A stretch of 57,753 bases of DNA, filler included, from Sluysia triapertura (lineage: Eukaryota), in assembly GCA_046118255.1 (NCBI GenBank). It is 4 parts of 4 records of this genome, joined end to end, with 100 filler letters (N's around TTAATTAATTAA, not from the genome) between each part and the next. Parts side by side here need not be neighbours in the genome. Positions count along the whole stretch, not along the records: positions 39,496 to 57,753 come from JBJNIA010161929.1; 3 more parts are not named here. One strand, given 5' to 3'. Both the position numbers and the translations under genes were made by a program. Positions 51,634 through 57,753 of this stretch are shown here, one piece after another. Numbering within the stretch: position 1 is the stretch's first letter; every line of letters begins with the position of its first letter. A model generated the notes under the pieces. That model saw only the letters and a list, made by a program, of their open reading frames with translations, was not told the DNA's origin and ran no database searches.

Positions 51634-52371
51634 CTTTAATAACATTGCAATTTCACTGAATATTCGAATCATAAATATTCGAAGATATATTTTTTGTAAA
51701 ACTTGATTTATTTTTTGAGTAAAAATACTTCAAATTTTATTTATTATTTTATACAAATAAAATTATTATTTTAATATTCTCTTTAATATACATTTCCATT
51801 ACTAATAAATTACTAATATACAATAATTTATAGGTCAGCGAACCAGGTTGAAAAAGCATTATTGAAATAAGAATAAATGTGTACCTTTTTATTCGCTTCA
51901 ATGTTATTCGAAAGTCACTAAAAATTTTATCAATTTAAAATTAATAATTCTTATTCGAAAATATCAACTTTACGATTTGTTTTATCTACTTGTCTCAAAC
52001 TCTAAATTTTGAACGGAACCTTTATAACCCAAAATAGATTCAAGGTAGACAGAAAAATCAAAATAAAATAAGTTTAAATTAAAGCCTTTTTTATATTTGT
52101 AAAAATAGATTTTGTTGACTCTCAATAAATCGAGATTTAAAAATTTTTATTAAAAAATTGATTTTGTTTTAATATTTTTAACTACGAAAATTAAAACGTC
52201 CTTAGCCAAAATAACTAAATTCCAAAAATCCAATTTCGGCGAGGATAACTGTATTGATGTTAAGATGTTAAATTTGTTGTTTATTCTTTGATTATTCTGT
52301 GAGTTCCTTACAATCTTAGACTTACTCACTTTATGGCTAAGTTGTAAGCAGTATTTTAGAAGAACTTATAT

Positions 52372-52639
52372 CAGGCCTTCTTAAACTATGGGTCGCGACC
52401 CCAAATGGGATCGCGAGAGATTTTAATGTCAAATATTTAAATACATGATTTTATAACATCTAGTTGTATATTTGGTTAGAGTCACATTCACACACCTGCA
52501 AACAAACAAAGGTTGAAATGCGCGCGCACACGTGCAGCGATACAATGATTCTAGCTGTGTTTTTTTATATTTATTTGGGTCGCCAGGAAACTCGCAATCA
52601 TAAATGGGGTCGTGCATGAAAAAGGTTTAAGAAGCCCTG
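52372..52639. mobile_element. hAT/Charlie-type MITE
   Basis: TIRs CAGGCCTTCTTAAAC / GTTTAAGAAGCCCTG, subterminal GGGTCGCGACCC palindrome and repeated GGGTCG; flanks ACTTATAT / CTTTATAG form a degenerate 8-bp TSD. Confidence 0.88.
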
Positions 52640-54165
52640 CTTTATAGTATACATTATATTTTATACTTCCAAATTTACATAGAGATGTAGATCATGCATT
52701 TGATGAACCAGTTTTCAGTTAAACTTTCCATCAAAATCTAGTCTAAATTCATCGAGTAAAATCCAATGTAAATTTATATCAAGCTTTTATCAAGAATTTT
52801 ATTGAATAAATTCAAAAAGAAATTACTATAAATTATAAAATTAATCCTTTATTACAATTGTTATCATCATTACTAATATAGTTATGACATAATTATCACT
52901 ATCACTTTCATTATTATATATTTTATTTTCACTACCATTTATAATTTTTTGCTTGACGTATTTATTTTTCATTTTTTCTGCATATGCAATAAATTTGTTA
53001 ATGTTTTAATGTGTTAATGTAAAATTTGTCTTGGCTTCTTCTAAGTATTTAAAATTTTATACGTTTACATCAATATCAAATTTAAATATGTCTGGATACT
53101 ATTTTATACTCTAAAAAATAAAATTTGAAGTTATTCCGAACTTCTCAATTAATACTATCACTTTATATTAAACTTAACTGGAGGTATGAATCAGTATACT
53201 CGTTCTCGCTGTTCAGGATAGAAGTGCGTAATGTTTTATTAATAATAGATACACTGTTATATTCTAATCAATACTCAACGTTTTAATCAATTTTAACGTT
53301 AAGTTTATAAAAATCAATGGATATTACTTAAAATTAAAATCTGGATATAAATCGATTGATTGAAATTGTTCTTCCAAATATTATTGTCGCGAATGTTGAA
53401 AAATCTCCTTCCTTTTATAGTAATTCCGCAATACAATCCAACATTAATATTATCAAATAATGTATAATATATAAATAAATTTATTCTAATGAATCAATCT
53501 ACAAAATTCTTGAACGAAATAATTTAACAGTTTCAATTATCACATTTAGTGTCAGTTTCATTCTATTCGTCAGTACTATATATACAGTTTGGATTTAGAT
53601 AGAAAAACTGAATGGTTTAGGAAATTCAGATGCATGATCCCTGTTGATAAGCAGAATTAAACTACTTTTTGAAATTTAATGTGAAATCTGTTGAAAGAAA
53701 TTCAGGCCATGTTAGTTTTTCATTTGAACTTCTGATATGTAAGTTTTAATGGTTTTTATTAGTAATATTCGTATTAGTAATAGAATTTGAATTTTTACAT
53801 CTTTATATTTGAGATATCGAATATTTTGAAATACGAAAAATGCAGTTTGAAATTTTTATGCTTCAAAAGTCTGATTTAATGAGCTTATTTTAAAACGTAT
53901 GATCTAAGGATGTTCCAATACCTTCTTTATCCTATCATTAAACATCATATTATCTTAGTTCGGAATTTACCTTTCAAGTATATTAAATATTGTTTTACAA
54001 AAGGCAATAAGCGCTACGCAGTTGTACTTCTCGATTCAAAATTTCATTTTCTTAGAAGCTTTCAATGCTACACTTGACTCAACATTGCGTAGAACGAACA
54101 ATTTTCGTCAAACTTAACAGACACATCATGTATATGTTATTTAAATTAAATATTAGATAATTTAT

Positions 54166-54326
54166 NNNNNNNNNNNNNNNNNNNNNNNNNNNNNNNNNNN
54201 NNNNNNNNNNNNNNNNNNNNNNNNNNNNNNNNNNNNNNNNNNNNNNNNNNNNNNNNNNNNNNNNNNNNNNNNNNNNNNNNNNNNNNNNNNNNNNNNNNNN
54301 NNNNNNNNNNNNNNNNNNNNNNNNNA
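54166..54326. other. Assembly gap (N run)
   Basis: Run of N. Confidence 0.99.
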
Positions 54327-56110
54327 TTTAATTGATTTTTGGATTTTCACTTTTCTAAATAAAATCTTTAATTATATTTTGCGTCTAATATTATTATTTG
54401 TTTTTATTAAAAAAAGTTTTATGTAACAAAAGAACGAAAATAAAACTTAAAGTAATATTTAGCACTTCCATCTCCAACCTGATTTCTACATACAAATTTA
54501 TAAAAGACTTATTAAATCAAGTTGACAAGAACTCGTTTAAATTACGAAGAGATTGATCTAAAGCCAATTCAAAATCAAGACGTGAAACTAAGTAAAACGT
54601 AAAATATATCATTAAAACAATTAAATTTTGCATGTGCATGATCCGCGTTTTTTAATAAAAATAATTATTAATTAATGTTTTTTTCATCAATAATATTTCT
54701 AAATAATTTTATCAGTTTGCAATAGAAAATTGATATTGAAATTGTTATTGCACGATTATTACATATTATTTTACCGCGTATTTCACCGATTTTCCAGATC
54801 AAGCTATACATTACATTTACTAAATTTTTTTCAAATCCTTTTCTCCATAAATATTTATTTCTGATATCTTTTTGTAAATATGAGTAAGATTCTTTAATTT
54901 TGTAACAGAGTCGTCTGCAGAAATTGTTCATCAATTTGTGGACTTATGCCAAAACATAGAAAATCATCACATTAAATCTCTAATTTTTTAACGAACATCT
55001 GATTATGAGACTTCATAAAACAATTACACATAATCATTGAGGTTACACTATCCATTGTTTACTAAATCCATACATACCAACCTTTTTGTACCATTCTTCC
55101 TGACTAACGCTAAGCATTTATGATTTTTGAATGACTTTAAGATACCTTGGTGTATTTAGTGGGAAGAAAATAATTAAATGTTTCATTCTTAAAAAGTATT
55201 AGTGATGTGCAAGATTTTGTTTGGTACTAAACAAAGAGGCTATTTTGATTTAGTTATCAATAGTTTAAACTCTTCTCCTAACATATAATTATTCCATCTC
55301 TAAATAATTTACCACTTATCTCATATTCTTCAGAAATTACATACGTGCTTCTTAAAATCTTTATATTTTTTCAACTTTGACAAAAACAATTCTCTAAAAT
55401 TAAAAGTAGACCTTTCACTTACAATTTTTTGTCATAAATGATTCTTTTAGATAAAATCATGTTTCGAAAGAAAAAAATAAGAAAAAAAATAAAGAATAAG
55501 ATAAAAAGAATAAAATAAACTTAATATTCATTACATAAATATAATTTTCTTTTTTGTTTGATGTTTAAATCTAAAATTAAAGCGGAATAACGAAATTTCA
55601 AAAGATTAATTTACATAGCCCAATGACAAATTATATTTTGATGAAACCAAATATTGAGAAGAGTTATTGTTATTATCAAATAATTAATATCAAATATAAA
55701 ATTAAATTTATATTTCGTAGATAAATATTGTCTATTTAGTTTTTGAATTTTCTTTCGCATATTGATAATGAGAAAAAGTTAATATTAAAGAAAATTACAA
55801 TATAAAAAACAGCTCGACAATTTTATTTCATTTTAGTTAAAGAAAATTCAGTTTAATATTAAAATAATTTAAATAACTAGAAAACAAATTATTTAATGAA
55901 AACCAGTATCATTTTGTAATTTACTAACCTTTAATTAACGAATCCATTACAAAACTTCCTTTGCCATACAATATTTTTAAACTCAAATAATGCCATGAAT
56001 TATCGCTAATATTTCCATCCATTATTATGTTTATTTTATCCAATTCCTAAATTCAAATTATAGTTTTATATAGTTAAATTTATAAAAGCAGTTTTTCACA
56101 ATTTTGTTAA

Positions 56111-57135
56111 CCCTTTGAGTACCATGAATACATAAATAAATTCATTATAGCTTATTGAAATAAGATAGTGTATTTTAATTTGTAATTTTTAAATCTCAAA
56201 TAAAATACTCACACCATTTAAAGAATCATTTGATTTTAATTTATTTAGATATTGTTTCTTTGAATTTTCATTTATCATCTGTAAAATTTTAAATGATAAG
56301 TATACATAATCAATTATTTATCGCCACTATTTATTTTAAAATTATAAAATAATAATTACTTGACTATTTATCTTGATGACACTATTTTTCGAAATAAATA
56401 AATTTAAGAAACCATTCTTTATGGTTATTGTTATGATTACATATTTGTCTTTAACGATACCGTTATTAAATAATTGCATTAAACAACCATCGGTGAGTTT
56501 TGTTTGAAAGTTGAATTGAATGTTAACTAAATACGGTATAGGAAATGGTTGTTTAAATTTATAATGCATATGACCATGTTGTCCAACGAATTTCGGAGAG
56601 ACATCTGAATTTGAATTATATTTTTACACTCTAATGATAATAATATTATGTTTAGGTAAAAGTTTGTGCGCTGTGCTAAAATAATGATGGTCTTTTTCTA
56701 AATAGACTATCAATGTCCTCAAGCTTCTGTGGGCCTTCAGATTTGGTCAAGCATTCCCCACTTCAACTTCATCGAATGACTCAAAGTTATGCATTTATTG
56801 TAATAACGTTTGGACTACAGGATGGATATAACAGAACTTTTATACTGATCTGATCAAACTTGCAATTTTTGCACACATTGTACGAAAACAGACACACATA
56901 CATTGTGAGTCATCAATGATCATGATATGAACTGAATGAACATACATATAATTGCAAATTTTTTTAAAATTGTTGTGCTCAACTTACAAATGATTTTCAA
57001 ATTTGTTCACTTTTTGAAAAGAATTGGAAAACAAAATATACTGTTATAAAGTGACATTAAATTGTCAAACGAAATTGATTTATTAGTGTACGTAAAATTC
57101 CAAAATCCCAAATGGAAATCGTGGCATTTAGTGAG
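56111..57135 (+). mobile_element. piggyBac-like relic
   Basis: TTAA on both sides; left end CCCTTTGAGTACCATG versus right-end reverse complement CTCACTAAATGCCACG (imperfect TIR); internal RYRKWLFKFIMHM and Cys-rich scraps (CNFCTHC, CKF..NCC) resemble the piggyBac C-terminus. Confidence 0.5.
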
Positions 57136-57608
57136 TTAACACGCCTTATAAACCTTTTCCTCAACTTAATATTTTATTATTTGATTTTTTATAGGGGTAT
57201 TTTTGAATGAATTATACATAATAATGTAGTTTAATCAAATCAATTTAATAATAATAATTAATAATTAAAATAAAAAATGATGAATTTCTCATTCTGAGTA
57301 TATATGATTAATGACGTCATAGATCTTTCGTAAATCTCAAAGATTTCATACAATTTCTATATTACTATAGCAGGAGATTTAGAAGACCAAGTATTCTTTC
57401 TTAATATTTGCTGCATGATTTTTGAAATTACCTTGTGATTTATCGTATTCATTATCGATAAAGATTCTTCATAATTGATCGATTAAATAAATTAAATAAA
57501 TAAATCGATTAAAATAAATCAAGTCCATCATAAATATAATTCCAATCTACAAAACCATTATAAAATTTATTGTCTGGCACTTTATAATTATCTAAACTCA
57601 TTATTCAA

Positions 57609-57753
57609 TTAAAGAATTATTACATTGGTTGCCAATAAAAGCAAGAATAGAATTTAAAATTATGACAATAATTTAAAAATTCTTACATTACGGAAGTCCT
57701 GAATATCTTTTGGAAATAATACGAAAATTGGAAATGAAGATGAATATTTCATT
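57609..57753 (+). mobile_element. CR1/L2-type LINE fragment, second copy
   Basis: TTACATTGGTTGCCAATAAAAGCAAGAATAGAAT...CTTACATTACGGAAGTCCTGAATATCTTTT is nearly identical to the reverse complement of 24490-24625. Confidence 0.9.

Noticed and set aside
54668-55400. Minus-strand coding-like scraps, perhaps a transposase relic
   Set aside because: No diagnostic motif recognised.
966-56569. Numerous 60-100-aa ORFs in the track (e.g. 966..1235, 5093..5314, 14042..14242, 51219..51410)
   Set aside because: Antisense shadows of real frames, repeat-derived or chance ORFs in AT-rich DNA, many starting at non-ATG codons.

Overview
This is very AT-rich (roughly 20-25% GC by eye) eukaryotic, probably invertebrate, genomic DNA from a draft scaffold. 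It has two plain N-gaps and three artificial 100-bp joins (44N-TTAATTAATTAA-44N), so adjacency across those joins is not guaranteed. Recognisable content: (1) the last two spliced exons of a CCDC81 orthologue; (2) an intronless, highly divergent canonical-type poly(A) polymerase homologue that has apparently lost two of its three catalytic aspartates; (3) a bacterial-type agmatine deiminase (PAD_porph family) ORF with an N-terminal hydrophobic leader, lying on a contig full of eukaryotic transposons and cut by the contig end, a candidate horizontal transfer; (4) a cluster of disrupted copies of conserved genes (COP9 subunit 2, a RhoGAP, TBC1D22/Gyp1), plus WD40-like and FN3-like fragments; (5) many decayed mobile elements: hAT/Charlie-type MITEs, internally deleted Tc1 copies, Gypsy gag/pol remnants, CR1/L2-type LINE 3' ends, a piggyBac-like relic and a tRNA-derived repeat. 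Several non-coding hairpins and repeats are not explained by these features. All family assignments come from motif recognition by eye; no database searches were run.
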